Source of the DNA: Candidatus Cloacimonadota bacterium
GTDB lineage: Bacteria; Cloacimonadota; Cloacimonadia; Cloacimonadales; TCS61
NCBI GenBank assembly: GCA_030445745.1
Contig: JASUTE010000003.1
Span: 78,725-142,724 of the forward strand
DNA: 64,000 nucleotides
Reading direction: 5' to 3'
Under the pieces are notes generated by a model, which was not told the DNA's origin, made no database searches, and was given only the letters and a program-made list of their open reading frames with translations. Of this stretch, positions 37,783 to 47,707 are shown one piece after another; position 1 is the stretch's first letter, and every line of letters starts with the position of its first letter. The position numbers were made by a program, and so were the translations under genes.

Positions 37783-40607
37783 TGAAAGAAGAAATTTATA
37801 TAAAGGGAGCGCAGGCTCATAATCTGAAAAATTTAGAATTACGCCTGCCACGGAATAAATTAATTGTTTTTACAGGTGTTTCTGGCTCCGGAAAATCCTC
37901 TTTAGCTTTCGATACTCTATACGCCGAAGGTCAGCGCCGATACGTGGAATCGCTTTCAGCTTACGCGCGCCAATTCTTGGGACAAATGGAAAAACCCAAA
38001 TTAGACTACATCGAAGGACTCTCGCCAGCTATTTCCATAGAGCAAAAAGCAGCTAGTAAAAATCCACGTTCTACCGTGGGAACTGTTACCGAGATATACG
38101 ACTATTTACGAATTTTATTTGCCAGAGTAGGAACACAATACTGCTATAATTGCGGAGATAAAGTGGGCTCGCAAACTGTTGACGAATTGGTCGATCATAT
38201 TATGCAGAATCCCCAAGGTACTAGAATACAAATTTTAGCACCTATCGTTCAAAATAGAAAAGGAGAACACAAAGAAGAACTTGAAGAAGCCCGCCGTGAA
38301 GGATTTGTACGTGTAAAGATAAATGGAAAAATGCGTGATCTTTCCGAAGATATTCAGTTAGATAAAAAAAGTAAACACAATATCGACATCATTGTGGACA
38401 GGTTGGTGGTAAAAGAAAATATCCGCTCTCGTATGATAGATTCTGTAGAAACTGCACTCAAGCTTACCGATGGCTTTCTACGAGTTGATTATGTAGATGA
38501 AGATAGGCAGGAAATCCTATCTGAATCCAATTCCTGTGCTCGCTGCGGTATAGGCTACCCAGAGCTTACGCCACAACATTTTTCCTTTAATAGCCCTATA
38601 GGAATGTGCCCCGAATGTAATGGATTGGGCACCAAAATGGAGTTTGATCCCGACCTTATTGTTCCCGATAAATCCAAATCTATCTTAGAAGGTGCTGTAG
38701 CCAACTGGGGAGATTTGAATAAGAAAAAACGCAGCTGGACTCTGCAAACTCTGCGTGCTTTGAGTAAAAACTTCAAATTTTCTTTAGAAACGCCTTGGGA
38801 AGACCTTCCAACTAAAATTCAGGAGATGCTACTTTATGGTTCGCGCAATAAGCGTTTTAATTTAAAATGGCGCACTGGCAGTGGCTATGGAAGCTATTCT
38901 ACCCGCTGGGCAGGAATTATTCCTACCTTAAAACGCAGAATGGCGCAAACCAGGTCGAAATATATGCGCCAATACTATATGAAATTTATTAGTGATAAGC
39001 CTTGCCCCTATTGTGAAGGCAAAAAACTGCGCCAGGAAAGTCTGGCTGTACGCATAGCTGGAAAAAATATTCATGATATTACTACTCTATCAATATCAAA
39101 TGCAAAACAATTTTTCGAAAATTTAAATTTGGAAGGTAATCAGAAACTAATAGCTCAAGAAGTTCTAAAAGAGATCATCAATCGTTTAAACTTCTTAATA
39201 AATGTAGGGTTACATTATTTAACCTTAAACCGCAAAGCGCCAACTCTCTCCAGTGGTGAATCGCAACGTATTCGCTTGGCCTCGCAAATAGGAAGTAGCT
39301 TGGTGGGTGTGATGTATATTTTAGATGAGCCCAGTATTGGCCTGCATCAACGTGACAACAGAAGGTTAATAAACATGCTGCAGCATTTGCGTGATTTGGG
39401 TAACACGATTTTGGTTGTGGAACACGATGAAGAGATGATACGTACTGCCGATCAAATATTGGATTTTGGCCCCAGGGCAGGTGTTCATGGAGGTGAAATA
39501 GTTTTTCAGGGTAATGTGAAACAAATTGTTAATGCCGAAAGATCGCTTACTGGTAAATATCTCGCTTCCAAATTAAAAATAAATCTGCCAGATAAAAGAC
39601 GAAACCCCGATTTTAGAAAAATTATTGTAAAGAAAGCCGCACAAAACAATCTAAAAAATATCGATGTAACTATTCCTGTTGGTGTTTTCACCTGTGTAAC
39701 TGGCGTATCTGGTTCTGGAAAGAGTTCCTTGATCAATCAGATCTTGTATCCGGCTTTAGCTAACATTGTGAATAAAGCTTCAAAACCAGAGGGTAAATAT
39801 GCTGGTATAACTGGACAAAAGTACATTAACAAGGTTATCGATATCGACCAACAGCCAATTGGGCGCACTCCACGCTCTAATCCAGCCACTTATATAAAGC
39901 TTTTCGATCCTATTAGGAAACTATTTGCCGAGCTTCCTGCTTCCAAAATAAGAGGTTACCAGCCAGGTAGATTTTCTTTCAATGTTAAGGGAGGTCGGTG
40001 TGAAGCCTGTCAAGGTGCCGGGGTTAAACAGATTGAGATGCATTTTTTACCCGATATTTTTGTGACCTGCGAAGTTTGCAAAGGTAAACGCTACAATCAC
40101 GAAACTTTAGCTGTAAAATACAAAAATAAAGATATTTCCGAGATCTTGGATATGGATGTACAAGAAGCGATGGAACTTTTTCAAAACGTTCCCAAGATTG
40201 CCAAAAAATTACAGACCCTGATTGATGTTGGGCTGGAATACATTAAGTTAGGCCAGCCTTCCACCACCCTTTCTGGTGGTGAGGCTCAGCGGGTGAAATT
40301 GGCACGAGAACTAAGTAAAACTAGTACCGGTTCTACGCTTTATATTTTAGATGAACCCACTACTGGCCTACATTTTCATGATATAAAAAAACTTCTGCAA
40401 GTATTGCAAAGGCTGGTTTCAATGGGAAATTCAGTGATTGTTATCGAACACAATTTGGATGTTATTAAATGTGCCGATTATATTATCGACCTAGGGCCGG
40501 AAGGCGGTGATGAAGGCGGTAGAATAGTTGCTACTGGAACCCCAGAAGAAATTGCAGCTAATAAGGCTTCCTATACTGGCAAATATTTAAAGCCTTATCT
40601 TAAATAA
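37782..40607 (+). CDS. uvrA: Excinuclease ABC subunit A
   Basis: Two GVSGSGKSS Walker A motifs, zinc fingers, LSGGEAQR and GRTPRSNPATY. Confidence 0.98.
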   Translation: MKEEIYIKGAQAHNLKNLELRLPRNKLIVFTGVSGSGKSSLAFDTLYAEGQRRYVESLSAYARQFLGQMEKPKLDYIEGLSPAISIEQKAASKNPRSTVGTVTEIYDYLRILFARVGTQYCYNCGDKVGSQTVDELVDHIMQNPQGTRIQILAPIVQNRKGEHKEELEEARREGFVRVKINGKMRDLSEDIQLDKKSKHNIDIIVDRLVVKENIRSRMIDSVETALKLTDGFLRVDYVDEDRQEILSESNSCARCGIGYPELTPQHFSFNSPIGMCPECNGLGTKMEFDPDLIVPDKSKSILEGAVANWGDLNKKKRSWTLQTLRALSKNFKFSLETPWEDLPTKIQEMLLYGSRNKRFNLKWRTGSGYGSYSTRWAGIIPTLKRRMAQTRSKYMRQYYMKFISDKPCPYCEGKKLRQESLAVRIAGKNIHDITTLSISNAKQFFENLNLEGNQKLIAQEVLKEIINRLNFLINVGLHYLTLNRKAPTLSSGESQRIRLASQIGSSLVGVMYILDEPSIGLHQRDNRRLINMLQHLRDLGNTILVVEHDEEMIRTADQILDFGPRAGVHGGEIVFQGNVKQIVNAERSLTGKYLASKLKINLPDKRRNPDFRKIIVKKAAQNNLKNIDVTIPVGVFTCVTGVSGSGKSSLINQILYPALANIVNKASKPEGKYAGITGQKYINKVIDIDQQPIGRTPRSNPATYIKLFDPIRKLFAELPASKIRGYQPGRFSFNVKGGRCEACQGAGVKQIEMHFLPDIFVTCEVCKGKRYNHETLAVKYKNKDISEILDMDVQEAMELFQNVPKIAKKLQTLIDVGLEYIKLGQPSTTLSGGEAQRVKLARELSKTSTGSTLYILDEPTTGLHFHDIKKLLQVLQRLVSMGNSVIVIEHNLDVIKCADYIIDLGPEGGDEGGRIVATGTPEEIAANKASYTGKYLKPYLK

Positions 40608-40613
40608 GGAGTA

Positions 40614-41405
40614 GTGATGGATTTGAAAACTAAAATATTGGAATTTTGGCAAAAAGAAGATTTTAGCACTACTGACAGAGAGCTATTTGATGAATTTTTA
40701 GCATCTTTGGAAAATGGAACTATTCGAGCAGCGGAAAAAATAGATGGCAGTTGGCAAGTGAACAGTTGGGTGAAAAAAGGAATCTTAACTGGTTTTAAAA
40801 TTGGGAAAAATATCGAAATTGGTAAATATTTTCGCGATAAAGACACCTATCCCATTCAAAATTTGCAATTTCGTGATGATGTTCGCTTAGTACCAGGTGG
40901 TTCAGCTGTTCGCCGCGGTAGTTTCATAGGAAAAAATGTGATCTTGATGCCACCTGTTTATGTGAATACAGGCGCTTATGTGGATTCTGGTTCCATGCTC
41001 GATTCCCATGCGTTGGTTGGTAGTTGCGCCCAGGTTGGAAAAAATGTTCACCTCTCCGCTGCCGCTCAGTTGGGAGGAGTGTTGGAACCCATTTCCGCTA
41101 AACCTGTTATAATAGAAGATAACGTATTCATCGGTGGGAATTGTGGTATCTACGAAGGAGTAGAAGTACACGAATATGCTGTGCTTGCAGCCGGGGTTAT
41201 TATTACTGCTTCTACTAAAATTTATGATTCTACTAAAAAAGAATTTCTACCTCAGAATGGCTATGTACCGGCAAAAGCTGTTGTAGTACCCGGAAGTCGG
41301 CCTCTGCATGGTCATAACGGATTTTCTACCTATTGTCCCATAATAATAAAATATCGAGATGAAAAAACAAGCAGTTCTGTTGCTTTAGAAAATTCTTTAA
41401 GATGA
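40614..41405 (+). CDS. dapD: 2,3,4,5-tetrahydropyridine-2,6-dicarboxylate N-succinyltransferase
   Basis: [30 protein letters not shown] and VVVPG motifs; start may be ATG 40617. Confidence 0.92.
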   Translation: MMDLKTKILEFWQKEDFSTTDRELFDEFLASLENGTIRAAEKIDGSWQVNSWVKKGILTGFKIGKNIEIGKYFRDKDTYPIQNLQFRDDVRLVPGGSAVRRGSFIGKNVILMPPVYVNTGAYVDSGSMLDSHALVGSCAQVGKNVHLSAAAQLGGVLEPISAKPVIIEDNVFIGGNCGIYEGVEVHEYAVLAAGVIITASTKIYDSTKKEFLPQNGYVPAKAVVVPGSRPLHGHNGFSTYCPIIIKYRDEKTSSSVALENSLR

Positions 41406-42502
41406 TTGCGGAACGGTTAAGAGGACAAAAAAAGTCGATAATTCGCCAAATTGTTGATTCTGCGCCACAAAATTCCATCAATTTAGGGTTGGGTGAATTA
41501 ACAATTTCAACATTTTCAAAAAAAAATAGAGAAATTTACAAAAAATTGCAAAATGAAACAGCTATATACACTCCCAATGCGGGATTACCAGAGCTCATCC
41601 TTCAGATTAAAAAATATTATAACGCACCTCAGGCTTATGTTTGTGTAACTAATGGTGCTGAAGAAGCAATCTTTGCCACTCTTTTTTCCATATTAAACGC
41701 TGAAGATGAGTTGTTGGTCGCCAACCCTGATTATCCGGCTTATGCTAATATTGCTAAGCTTTTAAACGTGAAATGCAAAAGTTTTGATAGAAACCCGCAA
41801 AACAATTTTCAGTTAGAGAAAAAATCGCTGCAAGAATCAATTACACCAAACACTAAAGCTATTATCATCAGCAATCCTTCCAACCCTCTTTCTATTACTT
41901 ATACTTCCGATGAACTTGATTTTATTATTAAGTTAGCGCACGAGCATAATATAGTGCTGATCATTGACGAAATATATAAAGACTTGTTATTTTCTGGTTC
42001 TGGTAGTACTGCTTTTGGAAAAAATATGAATATAGTGGTCGTTTCTGGTTTATCGAAATCTTATCAACTAACAGGTTGGCGTTTAGGCTGGGTTATTACT
42101 CAGCAAGAAGAATTGGCCCAGGCAATAACGATATCTCATCAGTATATAAGCACTTGCGCTGGTTATTTTGCGCAAAGAATAGCTACTGAAATATTGCAAC
42201 AACATCAACAAAATTCTTTAAAAACATTAAAAGAAAAATTGCTGGCAAATAGAGATTTAGCCAGTAATTTAATAAAAAATAACACAAATTGGAAGATACT
42301 CCTCAGTCAAGCTGCACCCTATCTTTTTGTAAATATCGAATCTAATAGCTTAGAATTTAGCAAACAAAAAGCTGCAGAAGGAGTGATAGTGATTCCTGGA
42401 GTAGCTTTTGGTAAAAATGGTGCAGGTTGGATAAGAATAAACTATGCTATAGAAAAATCGCAATTAATAAAAGGAATAGAGCTTTTATCAAATTTTTCTT
42501 AA
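41402..42502 (+). CDS. PLP-dependent aminotransferase class I/II (possibly DapC-like)
   Basis: NPSNP, DEIY and [15 protein letters not shown] motifs; translationally coupled to dapD. Confidence 0.85.
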   Translation: MIAERLRGQKKSIIRQIVDSAPQNSINLGLGELTISTFSKKNREIYKKLQNETAIYTPNAGLPELILQIKKYYNAPQAYVCVTNGAEEAIFATLFSILNAEDELLVANPDYPAYANIAKLLNVKCKSFDRNPQNNFQLEKKSLQESITPNTKAIIISNPSNPLSITYTSDELDFIIKLAHEHNIVLIIDEIYKDLLFSGSGSTAFGKNMNIVVVSGLSKSYQLTGWRLGWVITQQEELAQAITISHQYISTCAGYFAQRIATEILQQHQQNSLKTLKEKLLANRDLASNLIKNNTNWKILLSQAAPYLFVNIESNSLEFSKQKAAEGVIVIPGVAFGKNGAGWIRINYAIEKSQLIKGIELLSNFS

Positions 42503-42512
42503 TATTTTTGCT

Positions 42513-42529
42513 TTGGAATGCATATTGCA
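42513..42529 (+). promoter_or_regulatory. Putative sigma54 (-24/-12) promoter
   Basis: TTGGAATGCATATTGCA, GG-N10-GC spacing, about 40 nt upstream of ATG 42567. Confidence 0.65.
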
Positions 42530-42566
42530 TTATATTTTATATAATTTATGAGAGAGGGGAAAATAG

Positions 42567-44201
42567 ATGAAACGTTTATTAATTTTAATGTTTATTTTTT
42601 TGATCTTTACAGCCTGTGAAAATAAGGATGAAGCAGAAGAACCAAACTCTATGGCAGACCTTAGTGTTAGTCCCGATTTTGCATTCAACACAACCAAAAT
42701 TGTTGAATTAAATTTAACCTCGCGCGATGCTAGCGGTAATCTGCAGCCAAATGTACCTTTTTCTATATTCAAAAAAGATCCTGCCACCGCTAGCGGTAGC
42801 AGAGTGCTACGTTCAGCAACCAATGACTTCGGTAATTTTGAAAATACCATAAAGTTACCAGCCTACTACAATAAAATCTATATTCGGCCAGCTGCAAGTG
42901 AAGTCCAAGAATTAGCAATAAATCACTTATCTAGCGAAAATGCCAAAATTGATGCTGATTTTATCTATTCGCCTAATAAGTTAAAGTACAATAAGAACTT
43001 AGATAGCTTCGAACCAGTTACTGCTTCCGATAATGGCTTTGTTTTTACTTTGCAAAATATTGTAGCTGATTATGAAAATAGCACAGCAACCATAACAATT
43101 TCCATAACAAACAACAATAATAAAAAGTTTAAAGATGCTTATTTTACAATACCCTCGAGTGTATTAGCTACGGAAATTGAACCTAACAACACAAATTATG
43201 AATCTCCAGCTGGTATGACTTATTGGGTACAATATCCCGTGAATCATTGGATAATGGGTAATAGCATTGCGTATTATGGAAATAATGGTTTCAAAAATGG
43301 GGAAACAGATTATTATTACATCACACTTCCTTTAGAAGTTTTTGAATTTTGGAATTCTATGGAAATGTATGCTACAGCTACAGGAAATACTTCTGGCCAG
43401 GTAACCCTTGATTTTTCCTATACACCAGAGTTTAGTATGACAGAATACTATCCAGCTGAAAATGAATTTGGTACATTAGCCTATGAAGACTATTGGCCAC
43501 AGCAGGGTGATTATGATATGAACGATCTGGTAATAGATTACAATATGAGTCTTGAGAAATCTTATGTTGGTGATTTGGAAACGATATTTGCCCAATTCAA
43601 CATTAGAGCCATAGGAGCAAGTTATACAATAGGTTTTGGCTTTCAGCTTCCCGATTTTATCCAGGTAAATGGTAATGTGACCTCCACTAGCGGCTTAGCT
43701 TATGTAGAAGCAGATAATCGTACCATAGTGCTATTCGATGATGCCCGTGATATAGTTACTGAAAATTCCGATCAGTTTATAAATACCGACCCTGCTCTAC
43801 CCTACATCGAAACCAGCGTTATGACCATATCTATTCCTGTGGTAAGCTCCGATAATAATACCGATGAAGATTGGTTTTTGCCACCCTACAACCCATTTAT
43901 CTTCGTTAACGAGCGTGCCAAAGAAATTCATTTGGCAAACTTTCCACCAACAAACCAGGCAGATCTTACATTATTCAATACACAAGATGATGCTTCCGAT
44001 CCTGTTTCCGATTATTACTATAGAACAGCAGCAAATCTACCTTGGGCATTTCATATAGCAGAATCCTCCTTATACCCTATCGAGAAAATCCAAATTATTC
44101 AAGCTTTCCCTGAATTTTACCAATGGGCAGAATCGGAAGGTAACCAAGCTACCGACTGGTATACCTTTCCCGATGAAAACTTAATATACCCAGTACCTTA
44201 A
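42567..44201 (+). CDS. LruC/DUF4842-domain lipoprotein (paralog 1)
   Basis: Lipobox FTAC; AYEDYWP.QGDYDMNDLVIDY, RAIGAS, YNPFIF, EIHL and LPWA motifs. Confidence 0.85.
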   Translation: MKRLLILMFIFLIFTACENKDEAEEPNSMADLSVSPDFAFNTTKIVELNLTSRDASGNLQPNVPFSIFKKDPATASGSRVLRSATNDFGNFENTIKLPAYYNKIYIRPAASEVQELAINHLSSENAKIDADFIYSPNKLKYNKNLDSFEPVTASDNGFVFTLQNIVADYENSTATITISITNNNNKKFKDAYFTIPSSVLATEIEPNNTNYESPAGMTYWVQYPVNHWIMGNSIAYYGNNGFKNGETDYYYITLPLEVFEFWNSMEMYATATGNTSGQVTLDFSYTPEFSMTEYYPAENEFGTLAYEDYWPQQGDYDMNDLVIDYNMSLEKSYVGDLETIFAQFNIRAIGASYTIGFGFQLPDFIQVNGNVTSTSGLAYVEADNRTIVLFDDARDIVTENSDQFINTDPALPYIETSVMTISIPVVSSDNNTDEDWFLPPYNPFIFVNERAKEIHLANFPPTNQADLTLFNTQDDASDPVSDYYYRTAANLPWAFHIAESSLYPIEKIQIIQAFPEFYQWAESEGNQATDWYTFPDENLIYPVP

Positions 44202-44222
44202 ATGCACTCTATTTTTTCTTTT

Positions 44223-44253
44223 AAGGGTAATTTGAAAAAATTACCCTTTTTTT
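44223..44253 (+). terminator. Intrinsic terminator
   Basis: AAGGGTAATTT-GAAA-AAATTACCCTT followed by a T tract. Confidence 0.85.
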
Positions 44254-44524
44254 ATTATAATCGGACATCCCCATTCCCTTATTCCAATTTTTATTAAATC
44301 CCTCTGTAGTAGCTTGATAACAAGTTTTGTTGAAATAAATTTAGCTAGTAGATTAATAGCTAAAAACTTCAATTGCCCATTTGCGGTCGGCTCTAACTAC
44401 CTGTAAAAAATATTATTAGTTGACATTTTAAATAAAAAAAACTTTCTTTTATCAATAGTGGGCATGAAGATAAAAAAATGTTAGTTCTTTTTCCAGATTT
44501 TTTCAATCTGACGTATTTTTTGCT

Positions 44525-44541
44525 TTGGTATAAATAATGCA
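44525..44541 (+). promoter_or_regulatory. Putative sigma54 (-24/-12) promoter
   Basis: TTGGTATAAATAATGCA, GG-N10-GC spacing, about 40 nt upstream of ATG 44581; same 5' flank (TTTTTGCTTTGG) as the site at 42513. Confidence 0.6.
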
Positions 44542-44580
44542 TTTTATTCTTAAGATGTTAGGAATATGTAGGAGGTCATA

Positions 44581-46242
44581 ATGAAAAAAGCTATTGGTTT
44601 ATTTTTATTTGTATTACTTATAGTTGTTGGCTGCGATAATACAGAGGAAGACAACTATCCTACTAACATGCAAGGGCTGAATGTTAGTCCCGATTTCGAT
44701 TTTAATACAACCATGCAAGTAAGTGTGAAGTTAACCTCGCAGAATGCAAACGGAGAGGTAATTCCTAATGCACCTTTTTCTTTGTACAAAGAAAATCCAG
44801 CTTATTTGGAAGATAAACGCATTATTCGTGCATCCACGAATAACGAAGGTGATTTTGAAGATATAATAGTGCTTCCTAATTATTACAGAAAATTATATAT
44901 ACAGTCGGGAATAGGAGAGATACAAGAACTTTATTTGAATATTATTGGAACAGAAGAAGCAGAAATAAACGCTTTTTTCACCTACGATCCTACTGATATT
45001 AAAGGCTTAAGTAAATTTAAAATATCTGACAAATTTGAATCTGTAACTGCTTCCGATAATGGGTTTGATATAACTTTGCATACAATCTTTTCTAGCACTT
45101 TTAATGCTACTTTTGTTTTTTCTGTTACCAACAACCATCCTTTTGGATTAGATACTGTTAAATTTGGTCTACCAGCTAATTCCGAAGCTAGCTATCCCAC
45201 CGATGGCGAAACTTATACTTCACCAACCGAACTTTATACTTACAACATAGAAAACCCAACCGATAATCCTTTCCGGGCCATAGCCTTCGAAACTATTGGA
45301 GAAGGATATAAAAATGGAGATTCCGATTTCTTTATCTACACAGTTAATCTGGCTTATTTATCTTCTTGGGATAATGTTCAAGTATTTGCAAAAGCAGGTA
45401 CTCAAACGGGTCAAGTTACCCTAAATTTCGATTACAATTTCAATTGGTGGTTTAGTTGTCAGATAAGTTATCCCAGTGAAACTGAATATGCTACCCTTGC
45501 TTTTGAAGATTACTGGCCACTGGAAGGTGATTATGATATGAACGATTTGGTAATAGATTATAACTTCACCGTAAAATATAAAGATGACACTCTTATTAAA
45601 GAAATCATATTAGCCAAGTTTCATTTGCGGGCTATTGGAGCTTCCTATCATTTAGGTTTTGGATTCCAGCTTCCTGAAAATTTAGAAGTGAATGGAGATA
45701 TTACCTCTACAAATGGTTTAGCTTATGTGGAAGCAGATAACCGAACTATAATTTTATTCGATGATGCCCGCGATGTTATTCCTGATAATCCGGGACAGTT
45801 CATAAATACCGACCCTACTTTGCCCTATACTCCCACTTTTGTAATTGGCCTTGCCATTCCAGTGGAAGATAATTGGTGGGAAATAGTGCAGATGGGTCCT
45901 TGGAATTGTCCACCTTACAATCCATTTATTTTTGTTGGTCAGCGTTCACACGAAATTCATCTTGCTAATTACCCACCCACTCTTCAAGCTGATTTTGAAC
46001 TTTTTGGAACAGATAATGATGCTTCTGACCCAGAATCAGATGTCTATTATAGAACTACAGAAAATCTTCCCTGGGCTTTTAATATAGGAGAAAGCACCGT
46101 TTACCCCATAGAAAAAACTGCTATTATTCAAGCTTTTAATTATTTTGCTGCCTGGGCAAACAGCGATGGTAACAATTATCAGGATTGGTATAAAGATGAA
46201 CCAGGCTATCGCAATAATGATTTGATCTATCAAGAACCATAA
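44581..46242 (+). CDS. LruC/DUF4842-domain lipoprotein (paralog 2)
   Basis: Lipobox VVGC; AFEDYWPLEGDYDMNDLVIDY, YNPFIF, EIHL and LPWA motifs; GGAGG RBS. Confidence 0.85.
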   Translation: MKKAIGLFLFVLLIVVGCDNTEEDNYPTNMQGLNVSPDFDFNTTMQVSVKLTSQNANGEVIPNAPFSLYKENPAYLEDKRIIRASTNNEGDFEDIIVLPNYYRKLYIQSGIGEIQELYLNIIGTEEAEINAFFTYDPTDIKGLSKFKISDKFESVTASDNGFDITLHTIFSSTFNATFVFSVTNNHPFGLDTVKFGLPANSEASYPTDGETYTSPTELYTYNIENPTDNPFRAIAFETIGEGYKNGDSDFFIYTVNLAYLSSWDNVQVFAKAGTQTGQVTLNFDYNFNWWFSCQISYPSETEYATLAFEDYWPLEGDYDMNDLVIDYNFTVKYKDDTLIKEIILAKFHLRAIGASYHLGFGFQLPENLEVNGDITSTNGLAYVEADNRTIILFDDARDVIPDNPGQFINTDPTLPYTPTFVIGLAIPVEDNWWEIVQMGPWNCPPYNPFIFVGQRSHEIHLANYPPTLQADFELFGTDNDASDPESDVYYRTTENLPWAFNIGESTVYPIEKTAIIQAFNYFAAWANSDGNNYQDWYKDEPGYRNNDLIYQEP

Positions 46243-46261
46243 AATCCCATAATACCTAAAT

Positions 46262-46302
46262 AAAAACGGACAATTTCATATGAAATTGCCCGTTTTCTTT
46301 TT
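46262..46302. terminator. Intrinsic terminator (likely bidirectional)
   Basis: AAAAACGGACAATTTCA / TGAAATTGCCCGTTTT inverted repeat followed by a T tract. Confidence 0.8.
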
Positions 46303-46453
46303 ACCGATAATATTTTCAACTCATATAATGTAATTTTTTCTGAACTATCTCGCTACATTAGTAGTTAAAAATCTGGGTGCAATAGATACTGATTATAATG
46401 AAAATTTCATTTATACTAGTGAAATTAGATAAACTATAAAAATTATTTAAGCC

Positions 46454-47707
46454 TTATTCCAAATAATAAATTGCTTTAATAGGATCTATCTTTGATGCTT
46501 TAATTGAAGGATACAAACCAGAAACTATACCAATGAACAAGGCAAATCCGATACCAATCAAAACTCCCTCTAAGGGAAGTGGAAAACTGGTTTGGAGGGC
46601 AGCAGAAACAGCTTGAACCAAAAATACAGAAATCACTATGCCTATAATAGCTCCAATTAGTGAAAGTATAATAGATTCAAAAATGAAATAGAGAAAAATA
46701 TCTTTATTGGTAGCGCCAATACTTTTACGAATTCCAATTTCGGTCATACGCTCGTTGATGGAAATAAGTAGAGTGCTGAACAGGCCAATTCCTCCTACGA
46801 TAAGCGAGATGGAAGCAATAGCAACCAATGTAATATTCCATTTCTGCATCATCTCATTCATTTCTTGCGTAATTTGCAGAGCTAAACTAGCCAAATCTCC
46901 AAACGAGAAATCATGAGCCATCCTGTGCCGCATCAATAATATTTGTCGGGCTTTTGTCTTAAGCTCATCATAGCTGGCTTCATCCAAGGCTTGTATATAG
47001 ATCTGGTCGATCTGTTGATTGGCGCGCAGATACCTAGCAGCTGTACTTAAAGGTATGTAAACAGCTTGTAAATCCCAGCGCCTTGACCAATTATTAAAAT
47101 TTACCCCGCCTTGGTTCAAAGGATCTTCATCTAAAATACCCACAATCTCGTAACGTTGCTCGCCAATGGTTATATATTCTCCTAATAATTTACGGGCACT
47201 ATATAAATATCTACTTATGAAATTAGGGCCTAAAATACATACTTTTCTAGCAGTTAGTAGTTCATGTTTATCAAAATAACGCCCTTTAGCAATTGGATAG
47301 GTTTGAACCTGGAAAAAATCATTTGTTGTCCCCTTAAGCTGCACCCTACCTTTTTCTTTCTTCCAAATAAAATTATTCCAACCTTCCACAGTACCATATA
47401 TGTATTTGTAATTTAATGAATCTGCTAAAGTATTAAAATCATCCATGTCCAAGGGTCGAGGAGTTCTTTTCATATAAAGAGAATTATCTTCTTTTTCTTG
47501 CTGCATATCAGTGCTGATAGTTACTGAATTGTTCCAACCAAGTTGATTCATACGGTCGTTAATTAAATTTTTTATACCATAAACAGAAGCAAACATAGTA
47601 ACAACAGCTAAAACACCAATAATAATTCCCAATAAAGTTAGGAAGGAACGCATCTTATGCGAAAAAATATTAACTATACTGCTTACGATGCTATCTTTTA
47701 GCTGCAT
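46454..47707 (-). CDS. MacB/FtsX-like ABC transporter permease
   Basis: RSFLTLLGIIIGV, periplasmic domain, ISLIVGGIG, ERMTEIGIRKSIGA and YPSIKASKIDPI motifs. Confidence 0.92.
   Translation of the reverse strand: MQLKDSIVSSIVNIFSHKMRSFLTLLGIIIGVLAVVTMFASVYGIKNLINDRMNQLGWNNSVTISTDMQQEKEDNSLYMKRTPRPLDMDDFNTLADSLNYKYIYGTVEGWNNFIWKKEKGRVQLKGTTNDFFQVQTYPIAKGRYFDKHELLTARKVCILGPNFISRYLYSARKLLGEYITIGEQRYEIVGILDEDPLNQGGVNFNNWSRRWDLQAVYIPLSTAARYLRANQQIDQIYIQALDEASYDELKTKARQILLMRHRMAHDFSFGDLASLALQITQEMNEMMQKWNITLVAIASISLIVGGIGLFSTLLISINERMTEIGIRKSIGATNKDIFLYFIFESIILSLIGAIIGIVISVFLVQAVSAALQTSFPLPLEGVLIGIGFALFIGIVSGLYPSIKASKIDPIKAIYYLE

Noticed and set aside
44372-44392. Minus-strand GCCGACCGCAAATGGGC resembling the ZTP riboswitch 3' hairpin
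   Set aside because: The loop differs, the 5' aptamer half is absent, and no purine or folate gene lies downstream on that strand
42567-46242. DGR-like template/variable repeat pair between the LruC paralogs
   Set aside because: Differences are mostly third-codon-position, not adenine-specific, and no reverse transcriptase is in the window; this is ordinary paralogy
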